In this document: piece by piece, positions 25,651 through 38,276 of the stretch | Numbering within the stretch: the first letter of the stretch is position 1 | Layout: every line of letters begins with the position of its first letter | From: Auanema rhodensis | Lineage: Eukaryota > Animalia > Nematoda | Assembly (NCBI GenBank): GCA_964057225.1 | Contig: OZ059900.1 | Location: forward strand, 20,274,001 to 20,338,000 | Length of the DNA: 64,000 nucleotides | Direction of reading: 5' to 3' | The notes under the pieces: model-generated | Databases searched by the model: none | What the model saw: only the letters and a program-made list of their open reading frames with translations | Told to the model about the DNA's origin: nothing | Made by a program: the position numbers and the translations under genes

Positions 25651-28600
25651 GTACAACGTCTAGTTCCACTTTCACGACAAAAAACAGGGGTTAGAAAATT
25701 AAGGAAATTAGCATATTCTGAGGGCACGCCCCTTATGGCTAATATTGATTAAATCGATTTTTGTTCATATGAGTCGTCAAATGCAACGAATTTCAGCGTG
25801 TTACATACTAAAATGAAGCATTTTACATGCTGAACACTAGAAAAATACAAAAACACAGTATTTCCCTTGAGAAATATTTTATTATGCTGGAAAACCAGTT
25901 TTTGGAAATTTCGCTGTAAACAAGGTTTTGACTTACGATTTCATGTGTTCAAACTCATGCAATGTCAATGAAACCTAGCTCAAAATTGTTCGTACAACGT
26001 CTAGTTCCACTTTCACGACAAAAAAACAAGGGTTAGAAAATTAGGGAAATTAGCATATTCTGAGGGCACGCCCCTTATGACTAATATTGATTAAATCGAT
26101 TTTTGTTCATATGAGTCGTCAAATGCAACGAATTTCAGCGTGTTACATACTAAAATGAAGCATTTTACATGCTGAACACTAGAAAAATACAAAAACACAG
26201 TATTTCCCATGAGAAATATTTTATTATGCTGGAAAACCAGTTTTTGGAAATTTCGCTGTAAACAAGGTTTTGACTTACGATTTCATGTGTTCAAACTCAT
26301 GCAATGTCAATGAAACCTAGCTCAAAATTGTTCGTACAACGTCTAGTTCCACTTTCACGACAAAAAAACAGGGGTTAGAAAATTAGGGAAATTAGCATAT
26401 TCTGAGGGCACGCCCCTTATGGCTAATATTGATTAAATCGATTTTTGTTCATATGAGTCGTCAAATGCAACGAATTTCAGCGTGTTACATACTAAAATGA
26501 AGCATTTTACATGCTGAACACTAGAAAAATACAAAAACACAGTATTTCCCATGAGAAATATTTTATTATGCTGGAAAACCAGTTTTTGGAAATTTCGCTG
26601 TAAACAAGGTTTTGACTTACGATTTCATATGTTCAAACTTATGCAATGTCAATGAAACCTAGCTCAAAATTGTTCGTACAACGTCTAGTTCCACTTTCAC
26701 GACAAAAAAACAGGGGTTAGAAAATTAAGGAAATTAGCATATTCTGAGGGCACGCCCCTTATGGCTAATATTGATTAAATCGATTTTTGTTCATATGAGT
26801 CGTCAAATGCAACGAATTTCAGCGTGTTACATACTAAAATGAAGCATTTTACATGCTGAACACTAGAAAAATACAAAAACACAGTATTTCCCATGAGAAA
26901 TATTTTATTATGCTGGAAAACCAGTTTTTGGAAATTTCGCTGTAAACAAGGTTTTGACTTACGATTTCATGTGTTCAAACTCATGCAATGTCAATGAAAC
27001 CTAGCTCAAAATTGTTCGTACAACGTCTAGTTCCACTTTCACGACAAAAAAACAAGGGTTAGAAAATTAGGGAAATTAGCATATTCTGAGGGCACGCCCC
27101 TTATGGCTAATATTGATTAAATCGATTTTTGTTCATATGAGTCGTCAAATGCAACGAATTTCAGCGTGTTACATACTAAAATGAAGCATTTTACATGCTG
27201 AACACTAAAAAAATACAAAAACACAGTATTTCCCATGAGAAATATTTTATTATGCTGGAAAACCAGTTTTTGGAAATTTCGCTGTAAACAAGGTTTTGAC
27301 TTACGATTTCATGTGTTCAAACTCATGCAATGTCAATGAAACCTAGCTCAAAATTGTTCGTACAACGTCTAGTTCCACTTTCACGACAAAAAACAGGGGT
27401 TAGAAAATTAAGGAAATTAGCATATTCTGAGGGCACGCCCCTTATGGCTAATATTGATTAAATCGATTTTTGTTCATATGAGTCGTCAAATGCAACGAAT
27501 TTCAACGTGTTACATACTAAAATGAAGCATTTTACATGCTGAACACTAGAAAAATACAAAAACACAGTATTTCCCATGAGAAATATTTTATTATGCTGGA
27601 AAACCAGTTTTTGGAAATTTCGCTGTAAACAAGGTTTTGACTTACGATTTCATGTGTTCAAACTCATGCAATGTCAATGAAACCTAGCTCAAAATTGTTC
27701 GTACAACGTCTAGTTCCACTTTCACGACAAAAAAACAGGGGTTAGAAAATTAGGGAAATTAGCATATTCTGAGGGCACGCCCCTTATGGCTAGTATTGAT
27801 TAAATCGATTTTTGTTCATATGAGTCGTCAAATGCAACGAAGTTCAGCGTGTTACATACTAAAATGAAACATTTTACATGCTGAACACTAGAAAAATACA
27901 AAAACACAGTATTTCCCATGAGAAATATTTTATTATGCTGGAAAACCAGTTTTTGGAAATTTCGCTGTAAACAAGGTTTTGACTTACGATTTCATGTGTT
28001 CAAACTCATGCAATGTCAATGAAACCTAGCTCAAAATTGTTCGTACAACGTCTAGTTCCACTTTCACGACAAAAAAACAGGGGTTAGAAAATTAAGGAAA
28101 TTAGCATATTCTGAGGGCACGCCCCTTATGGCTAATATTGATTAAATCGATTTTTGTTCATATGAGTCGTCAAATGCAACGAGTTTCAGCGTGTTACATA
28201 CTAAAATGAAGCATTTTACATGCTGAACACTAAAAAAATACAAAAACACAGTATTTCCCATGAGAAATATTTTATTATGCTGGAAAACCAGTTTTTGGAA
28301 ATTTCGCTGTAAACAAGGTTTTGACTTACGATTTCATGTGTTCAAACTCATGCAATGTCAATGAAACCTAGCTCAAAATTGTTCGTACAACGTCTAGTTC
28401 CACTTTCACGACAAAAAAAAACAGGGGTTAGAAAATTAGGGAAATTAGCATATTCTGAGGGCACGCCCCTTATGGCTAATATTGATTAAATCGATTTTTG
28501 TTCATATGAGTCGTCAAATGCAACGAGTTTCAGCGTGTTACATACTAAAATGAAGCATTTTACATGCTGAACACTAGAAAAATACAAAAACACAGTATTT

Positions 28601-29070
28601 CCCATGAGAAATATTTTATTATGCTGGAAAACCAGTTTTTGGAAATTTCGCTGTAAACAAGGTTTTGACTTACGATTTCATGTGTTCAAACTCATGCAAT
28701 GTCAATGAAACCTAGCTCAAAATTGTTCGTACAACGTCTAGTTCCACTTTCACGACAAAAAAACAGGGGTTAGAAAATTAAGGAAATTAGCATATTCTGA
28801 GGGCACGCCCCTTATGGCTAATATTGATTAAATCGATTTTTGTTCATATGAGTCGTCAAATGCAACGAATTTCAGCGTGTTACATACTAAAATGAAGCAT
28901 TTTACATGCTGAACACTAGAAAAATACAAAAACACAGTATTTCCCATGAGAAATATTTTATTATGCTGGAAAACCAGTTTTTGGAAATTTCGCTGTAAAC
29001 AAGGTTTTGACTTACGATTTCATGTGTTCAAACTCATGCAATGTCAATGAAACCTAGCTCAAAATTGTTC

Positions 29071-31096
29071 GTACAACGTCTAGTTCCACTTTCACGACAA
29101 AAAAACAGGGGTTAGAAAATTAGGGAAATTAGCATATTCTGAGCGCACGCCCCTTATGGCTAATATTGATTAAATCGATTTTTGTTCATATGAGTCGTCA
29201 AATGCAACGAATTTCAGCGTGTTACATACTAAAATGAAGCATTTTACATACTGAACACTAGAAAAATACAAAAACACAGTATTTCCCATGAGAAATATTT
29301 TATTATGCTGGAAAACCAGTTTTTGGAAATTTCGCTGTAAACAAGGTTTTGACTTACGATTTCATGTGTTCAAACTCATGCAATGTCAATGAAACCTAGC
29401 TCAAAATTGTTCGTACAACGTCTAGTTCCACTTTCACGACAAAAAAACAGGGGTTAGAAAATTAGGGAAATTAGCATATTCTGAGGGCACGCCCCTTATG
29501 GCTAATATTGATTAAATCGATTTTTGTTCATATGAGTCGTCAAATGCAACGAATTTCAGCGTGTTACATACTAAAATGAAGCATTTTACATGCTGAACAC
29601 TAGAAAAATACAAAAACACAGTATTTTCCATGAGAAATATTTTATTATGCTGGAAAACCAGTTTTTGGAAATTTCGCTGTAAACAAGGTTTTGACTTACG
29701 ATTTCATGTGTTATGTCAATGAAACCTAGCTCAAAATTGTTCGTACAACGTCTAGTTCCACTTTCACGACAAAAAACAGGGGTTAGAAAATTAAGGAAAT
29801 TAGCATATTCTGAGGGCACGCCCCTTATGGCTAATATTGATTAAATCGATTTTTGTTCATATGAGTCGTCAAATGCAACGAATTTCAACGTGTTACATAC
29901 TAAAATGAAGCATTTTACATGCTGAACACTAGAAAAATACAAAAACACAGTATTTCCCATGAGAAATATTTTATTATGCTGGAAAACCAGTTTTTGGAAA
30001 TTTCGCTGTAAACAAGGTTTTGACTTACGATTTCATGTGTTCAAACTCATGCAATGTCAATGAAACCTAGCTCAAAATTGTTCGTACAACGTCTAGTTCC
30101 ACTTTCACGACAAAAAAACAGGGGTTAGAAAATTAGGGAAATTAGCATATTCTGAGCGCACGCCCCTTATGGCTAATATTGATTAAATCGATTTTTGTTC
30201 ATATGAGTCGTCAAATGCAACGAATTTCAGCGTGTTACATACTAAAATGAAGCATTTTACATGCTGAACACTAGAAAAATACAAAAACACAGTATTTCCC
30301 ATGAGAAATATTTTATTATGCTGGAAAACCAGTTTTTGGAAATTTCGCTGTAAACAAGGTTTTGACTTACGATTTCATGTGTTCAAACTCATGCAATGTC
30401 AATGAAACCTAGCTCAAAATTGTTCGTACAACGTCTAGTTCCACTTTCACGACAAAAAAACAGGGGTTAGAAAATTAGGGAAATTAGCATATTCTGAGGG
30501 CACGCCCCTTATGGCTAATATTGATTAAATCGATTTTTGTTCATATGAGTCGTCAAATGCAACGAATTTCAGCGTGTTACATACTAAAATGAAGCATTTT
30601 ACATGCTGAACACTAGAAAAATACAAAAACACAGTATTTTCCATGAGAAATATTTTATTATGCTGGAAAACCAGTTTTTGGAAATTTCGCTGTAAACAAG
30701 GTTTTGACTTACGATTTCATGTGTTATGTCAATGAAACCTAGCTCAAAATTGTTCGTACAACGTCTAGTTCCACTTTCACGACAAAAAACAGGGGTTAGA
30801 AAATTAAGGAAATTAGCATATTCTGAGGGCACGCCCCTTATGGCTAATATTGATTAAATCGATTTTTGTTCATATGAGTCGTCAAATGCAACGAATTTCA
30901 ACGTGTTACATACTAAAATGAAGCATTTTACATGCTGAACACTAGAAAAATACAAAAACACAGTATTTCCCATGAGAAATATTTTATTATGCTGGAAAAC
31001 CAGTTTTTGGAAATTTCGCTGTAAACAAGGTTTTGACTTACGATTTCATGTGTTCAAACTCATGCAATGTCAATGAAACCTAGCTCAAAATTGTTC
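29071..31096 (+). repeat. 3-monomer tandem duplication (2 x 1013 bp) carrying a 12-bp deletion monomer
   Basis: Each unit is 342+330+341 bp. CAAACTCATGCA (p301-312) is missing after positions 29712 and 30725. The 1013-bp offset equals the offset between the two identical ORFs in the track. Confidence 0.92.
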
Positions 31097-34000
31097 GTAC
31101 AACGTCTAGTTCCACTTTCACGACAAAAAAACAGGGGTTAGAAAATTAGGGAAATTAGCATATTCTGAGGGCACGCCCCTTATGGCTAGTATTGATTAAA
31201 TCGATTTTTGTTCATATGAGTCGTCAAATGCAAATAAGTTCAGCGTGTTACATACTAAAATGAAACATTTTACATGCTGAACACTAGAAAAATACAAAAA
31301 CACAGTATTTCCCATGAGAAATATTTTATTATGCTGGAAAACCAGTTTTTGGAAATTTCGCTGTAAACAAGGTTTTGACTTACGATTTCATGTGTTCAAA
31401 CTCATGCAATGTCAATGAAACCTAGCTCAAAATTGTTCGTACAACGTCTAGTTCCACTTTCACGACAAAAAAACAGGGGTTAGAAAATTAAGGAAATTAG
31501 CATATTCTGAGGGCACGCCCCTTATGGCTAATATTGATTAAATCGATTTTTGTTCATATGAGTCGTCAAATGCAACGAATTTCAGCGTGTTACATACTAA
31601 AATGAAGCATTTTACATGCTGAACACTAGAAAAATACAAAAACACAGTATTTCCCATGAGAAATATTTTATTATGCTGGAAAACCAGTTTTTGGAAATTT
31701 CGCTGTAAACAAGGTTTTGACTTACGATTTCATGTGTTCAAACTCATGCAATGTCAATGAAACCTAGCTCAAAATTGTTCGTACAACGTCTAGTTCCACT
31801 TTCACGACAAAAAAACAAGGGTTAGAAAATTAGGGAAATTAGCATATTCTGAGGGCACGCCCCTTATGGCTAATATTGATTAAATCGATTTTTGTTCATA
31901 TGAGTCGTCAAATGCAACGAATTTCAGCGTGTTACATACTAAAATGAAGCATTTTACATGCTGAACACTAAAAAAATACAAAAACACAGTATTTCCCATG
32001 AGAAATATTTTATTATGCTGGAAAACCAGTTTTTGGAAATTTCGCTGTAAACAAGGTTTTGACTTACGATTTCATGTGTTCAAACTCATGCAATGTCAAT
32101 GAAACCTAGCTCAAAATTGTTCGTACAACGTCTAGTTCCACTTTCACGACAAAAAAAAACAGGGGTTAGAAAATTAGGGAAATTAGCATATTCTGAGGGC
32201 ACGCCCCTTATGGCTAATATTGATTAAATCGATTTTTGTTCATATGAGTCGTCAAATGCAACGAGTTTCAGCGTGTTACATACTAAAACGAAGCATTTTA
32301 CATGCTGAACACTAGAAAAATACAAAAACACAGTATTTCCCATGAGAAATATTTTATTATGCTGGAAAACCAGTTTTTGGAAATTTCGCTGTAAACAAGG
32401 TTTTGACTTACGATTTCATGTGTTCAAACTCATGCAATGTCAATGAAACCTAGCTCAAAATTGTTCGTACAACGTCTAGTTCCACTTTCACGACAAAAAA
32501 ACAGGGGTTAGAAAATTAAGGAAATTAGCATATTCTGAGGGCACGCCCCTTATGGCTAATATTGATTAAATCGATTTTTGTTCATATGAGTCGTCAAATG
32601 CAACGAATTTCAGCGTGTTACATACTAAAATGAAGCATTTTACATGCTGAACACTAGAAAAATACAAAAACACAGTATTTCCCATGAGAAATATTTTATT
32701 ATGCTGGAAAACCAGTTTTTGGAAATTTCGCTGTAAACAAGGTTTTGACTTACGATTTCATGTGTTCAAACTCATGCAATGTCAATGAAACCTAGCTCAA
32801 AATTGTTCGTACAACGTCTAGTTCCACTTTCACGACAAAAAAACAGGGGTTAGAAAATTAGGGAAATTAGCATATTCTGAGCGCACGCCCCTTATGGCTA
32901 ATATTGATTAAATCGATTTTTGTTCATATGAGTCGTCAAATGCAACGAATTTCAGCGTGTTACATACTAAAATGAAGCATTTTACATGCTGAACACTAGA
33001 AAAATACAAAAACACAGTATTTCCCATGAGAAATATTTTATTATGCTGGAAAACCAGTTTTTGGAAATTTCGCTGTAAACAAGGTTTTGACTTACGATTT
33101 CATGTGTTCAAACTCATGCAATGTCAATGAAACCTAGCTCAAAATTGTTCGTACAACGTCTAGTTCCACTTTCACGACAAAAAAACAGGGGTTAGAAAAT
33201 TAGGGAAATTAGCATATTCTGAGGGCACGCCCCTTATGGCTAATATTGATTAAATCGATTTTTGTTCATATGAGTCGTCAAATGCAACGAATTTCAGCGT
33301 GTTACATACTAAAATGAAGCATTTTACATGCTGAACACTAGAAAAATACAAAAACACAGTATTTTCCATGAGAAATATTTTATTATGCTGGAAAACCAGT
33401 TTTTGGAAATTTCGCTGTAAACAAGGTTTTGACTTACGATTTCATGTGTTCAAACTCATGCAATGTCAATGAAACCTAGCTCAAAATTGTTCGTACAACG
33501 TCTAGTTCCACTTTCACGACAAAAAAACAGGGTTAGAAAATTAAGGAAATTAGGCATATTCTGAGGGCACGCCCCTTATGGCTAATATTGATTAAATCGA
33601 TTTTTGTTCATATGAGTCGTCAAATGCAACGAATTTCAGCGTGTTACATACTAAAATGAAGCATTTTACGTGCTGAACACTAGAAAAATACAAAAACACA
33701 GTATTTCCATGAGAAATATTTTATTATGCTGGAAAACCAGTTTTTGGAAATTTCGCTGTAAACAAGGTTTTGACTTACGATTTCATGTGTTCAAACTCAT
33801 GCAATGTCAATGAAACCTAGCTCAAAATTGTTCGTACAACGTCTAGTTCCACTTTCACGACAAAAAAACAGGGGTTAGAAAATTAAGGAAATTAGCATAT
33901 TCTGAGGGCACGCCCCTTATGGCTAATATTGATTAAATCGATTTTTGTTCATATGAGTCGTCAAATGCAACGAATTTCAGCGTGTTACATACTAAAATGC

Positions 34001-37000
34001 AAGCATTTTACATGCTGAACACTAGAAAAATACAAAAACACAGTATTTCCCATGAGAAATATTTTATTATGCTGGAAAACCAGTTTTTGAAATTTCGCTG
34101 TAAACAAGGTTTTGACTTACGATTTCATGTGTTCAAACTCATGCAATGTCAATGAAACCTAGCTCAAAATTGTTCGTACAACGTCTAGTTCCACTTTCAC
34201 GACAAAAAAACAGGGGTTAGAAAATTAAGGAAATTAGCATATTCTGAGGGCACGCCCCTTATGGCTAATATTGATTAAATCGATTTTTGTTCATATGAGT
34301 CGTCAAATGCAACGAATTTCAGCGTGTTACATACTAAAATGAAGCATTTTATATGCTGAACACTAGAAAAATACAAAAACACAGTATTTCCCATGAGAAA
34401 TATTTTATTATGCTGGAAAACCAGTTTTTGGAAATTTCGCTGTAAACAAGGTTTTGACTTACGATTTCATGTGTTCAAACTCATGCAATGTCAATGAAAC
34501 CTAGCTCAAAATTGTTCGTACAACGTCTAGTTCCACTTTCACGACAAAAAAACAGGGGTTAGAAAATTAAGGAAATTAGCATATTCTGAGGGCACGCCCC
34601 TTATGGCTAATATTGATTAAATCGATTTTTGTTCATATGAGTCGTCAAATGCAACGAATTTCAGCGTGTTACATACTAAAATGAAGCATTTTACATGCTG
34701 AACACTAAAAAATACAAAAACACAGTATTTCCCATGAGAAATATTTTATTATGCTGGAAAACCAGTTTTTGGAAATTTCGCTGTAAACAAGGTTTTGACT
34801 TACGATTTCATGTGTTCAAACTCATGCAATGTCAATGAAACCTAGCTCAAAATTGTTCGTACAACGTCTAGTTCCACTTTCACGACAAAAAACAGGGGTT
34901 AGAAAATTAAGGAAATTAGCATATTCTGAGGGCACGCCCCTTATGGCTAATATTGATTAAATCGATTTTTGTTCATATGAGTCGTCAAATGCAACGAATT
35001 TCAGCGTGTTACATACTAAAATGAAGCATTTTACATGCTGAACACTAGAAAAATACAAAAACACAGTATTTCCCATGAGAAATATTTTATTATGCTGGAA
35101 AACCAGTTTTTGGAAATTTCGCTGTAAACAAGGTTTTGACTTACGATTTCATGTGTTCAAACTCATGCAATGTCAATGAAACCTAGCTCAAAATTGTTCG
35201 TACAACGTCTAGTTCCACTTTCACGACAAAAAACAAGGGTTAGAAAATTAGGGAAATTAGCATATTCTGAGGGCACGCCCCTTATGGCTAATATTGATTA
35301 AATCGATTTTTGTTCATATGAGTCGTCAAATGCAACGAATTTCAGCGTGTTACATACTAAAATGAAGCATTTTACATGCTGAACACTAAAAAAATACAAA
35401 AACACAGTATTTCTCATGAGAAATATTTTATTATGCTGGAAAACCAGTTTTTGGAAATTTCGCTGTAAACAAGGTTTTGACTTACGATTTCATGTGTTCA
35501 AACTCATGCAATGTCAATGAAACCTAGCTCAAAATTGTTCGTACAACGTCTAGTTCCACTTTCACGACAAAAAAACAGGGGTAGAAAATTAGGGAAATTA
35601 GCATATTCTGAGGGCACGCCCCTTATGGCTAGTATTGATTAAATCGATTTTTGTTCATATGAGTCGTCAAATGCAACGAATTTCAGCGTGTTACATACTA
35701 AAATGAAGCATTTTACATGCTGAACACTAGAAAAATACAAAAACACAGTATTTCCCATGAGAAATATTTTATTATGCTGGAAAACCAGTTTTGGAAATTT
35801 CGCTGTAAACAAGGTTTTGACTTACGATTTCATGTGTTCAAACTCATGCAATGTCAATGAAACCTAGCTCAAAATTGTTCGTACAACGTCTAGTTCCACT
35901 TTCACGACAAAAAAACAGGGGTTAGAAAATTAGGGAAATTAGCATATTCTGAGGGCACGCCCCTTATGGCTAATATTGATTAAATCGATTTTTGTTCATA
36001 TGAGTCGTCAAATGCAACGAATTTCAGCGTGTTACATACTAAAATGAAGCATTTTACATGCTGAACACTAGAAAAATACAAAAACACAGTATTTCCCATG
36101 AGAAATATTTTATTATGCTGGAAAACCAGTTTTTGGAAATTTCGCTGTAAACAAGGTTTTGACTTACGATTTCATGTGTTCAAACTCATGCAATGTCAAT
36201 GAAACCTAGCTCAAAATTGTTCGTACAACGTCTAGTTCCACTTTCACGACAAAAAAACAGGGGTTAGAAAATTAAGGAAATTAGCATATTCTGAGGGCAC
36301 GCCCCTTATGGCTAATATTGATTAAATCGATTTTTGTTCATATGAGTCGTCAAATGCAACGAATTTCAGCGTGTTACATACTAAAATGAAGCATTTTACA
36401 TGCTGAACACTAGAAAAATACAAAAACACAGTATTTCCCATGAGAAATATTTTATTATGCTGGAAAACCAGTTTTTGGAAATTTCGCTGTAAACAAGGTT
36501 TTGACTTACGATTTCATGTGTTCAAACTCATGCAATGTCAATGAAACCTAGCTCAAAATTGTTCGTACAACGTCTAGTTCCACTTTCACGACAAAAAAAC
36601 AGGGGTTAGAAAATTAAGGAAATTAGCATATTCTGAGGGCACGCCCCTTATGGCTAATATTGATTAAATCGATTTTTGTTCATATGAGTCGTTAAATGCA
36701 ACGAATTTCAGCGTGTTACATACTAAAATGAAGCATTTTACATGCTGAACACTAGAAAAATACAAAAACACAGTATTTCCCATGAGAAATATTTTATTAT
36801 GCTGGAAAACCAGTTTTTGGAAATTTCGCTGTAAACAAGGTTTTGACTTACGATTTCATGTGTTCAAACTCATACAATGTCAATGAAACCTAGCTCAAAA
36901 TTGTTCGTACAACGTCTAGTTCCACTTTCACGACAAAAAAACAAGGGTTAGAAAATTAGGGAAATTAGCATATTCTGAGGGCACGCCCCTTATGGCTAAT

Positions 37001-38276
37001 ATTGATTAAATCGATTTTTGTTCATATGAGTCGTCAAATGCAACGAATTTCAGCGTGTTACATACTAAAATGAAGCATTTTACATGCTGAACACTAAAAA
37101 AATACAAAAACACAGTATTTCCCATGAGAAATATTTTATTATGCTGGAAAACCAGTTTTTGGAAATTTCGCTGTAAACAAGGTTTTGACTTACGATTTCA
37201 TGTGTTCAAACTCATGCAATGTCAATGAAACCTAGCTCAAAATTGTTCGTACAACGTCTAGTTCCACTTTCACGACAAAAAAAAACAGGGGTTAGAAAAT
37301 TAGGGAAATTAGCATATTCTGAGGGCACGCCCCTTATGGCTAATATTGATTAAATCGATTTTTGTTCATATGAGTCGTCAAATGCAACGAGTTTCAGCGT
37401 GTTACATACTAAAATGAAGCATTTTACATGCTGAACACTAGAAAAATACAAAAACACAGTATTTCCCATGAGAAATATTTTATTATGCTGGAAAACCAGT
37501 TTTTGGAAATTTCGCTGTAAACAAGGTTTTGACTTACGATTTCATGTGTTCAAACTCATGCAATGTCAATGAAACCTAGCTCAAAATTGTTCGTACAACG
37601 TCTAGTTCCACTTTCACGACAAAAAAACAAGGGTTAGAAAATTAAGGAAATTAGCATATTCTGAGGGCACGCCCCTTATGGCTAATATTGATTAAATCGA
37701 TTTTAGTTCATATGAGTCGTCAAATGCAACGAATTTCAGCGTGTTACATACTAAAATGAAGCATTTTACATGCTGAACACTAGAAAAATACAAAAACACA
37801 GTATTTCCCATGAGAAATATTTTATTATGCTGGAAAACCAGTTTTTGGAAATTTCGCTGTAAACAAGGTTTTGACTTACGATTTCATGTGTTCAAACTCA
37901 TGCAATGTCAATGAAACCTAGCTCAAAATTGTTCGTACAACGTCTAGTTCCACTTTCACGACAAAAAAACAAGGGTTAGAAAATTAGGGAAATTAGCATA
38001 TTCTGAGGGCACGCCCCTTATGGCTAATATTGATTAAATCGATTTTTGTTCATATGAGTCGTCAAATGCAACGAATTTCAACGTGTTACATACTAAAATG
38101 AAGCATTTTACATGCTGAACACTAGAAAAATACAAAAACACAGTATTTCCCATGAGAAATATTTTATTATGCTGGAAAACCAGTTTTTGGAAATTTCGCT
38201 GTAAACAAGGTTTTGACTTACGATTTCATGTGTTCAAACTCATGCAATGTCAATGAAACCTAGCTCAAAATTGTTC

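Noticed and set aside
29586-29819. 77-aa minus-strand ORF (MPSEYANF...)
   Set aside because: It starts at GTG and has no recognisable domain. It exists only because a 6-A tract shifts the frame and the 12-bp deletion removes the in-frame TGA present in normal monomers. It is a chance product of satellite indels.
30599-30832. Second identical 77-aa ORF
   Set aside because: A copy of the first, created by the 1013-bp trimer duplication; identity reflects recency, not coding constraint.
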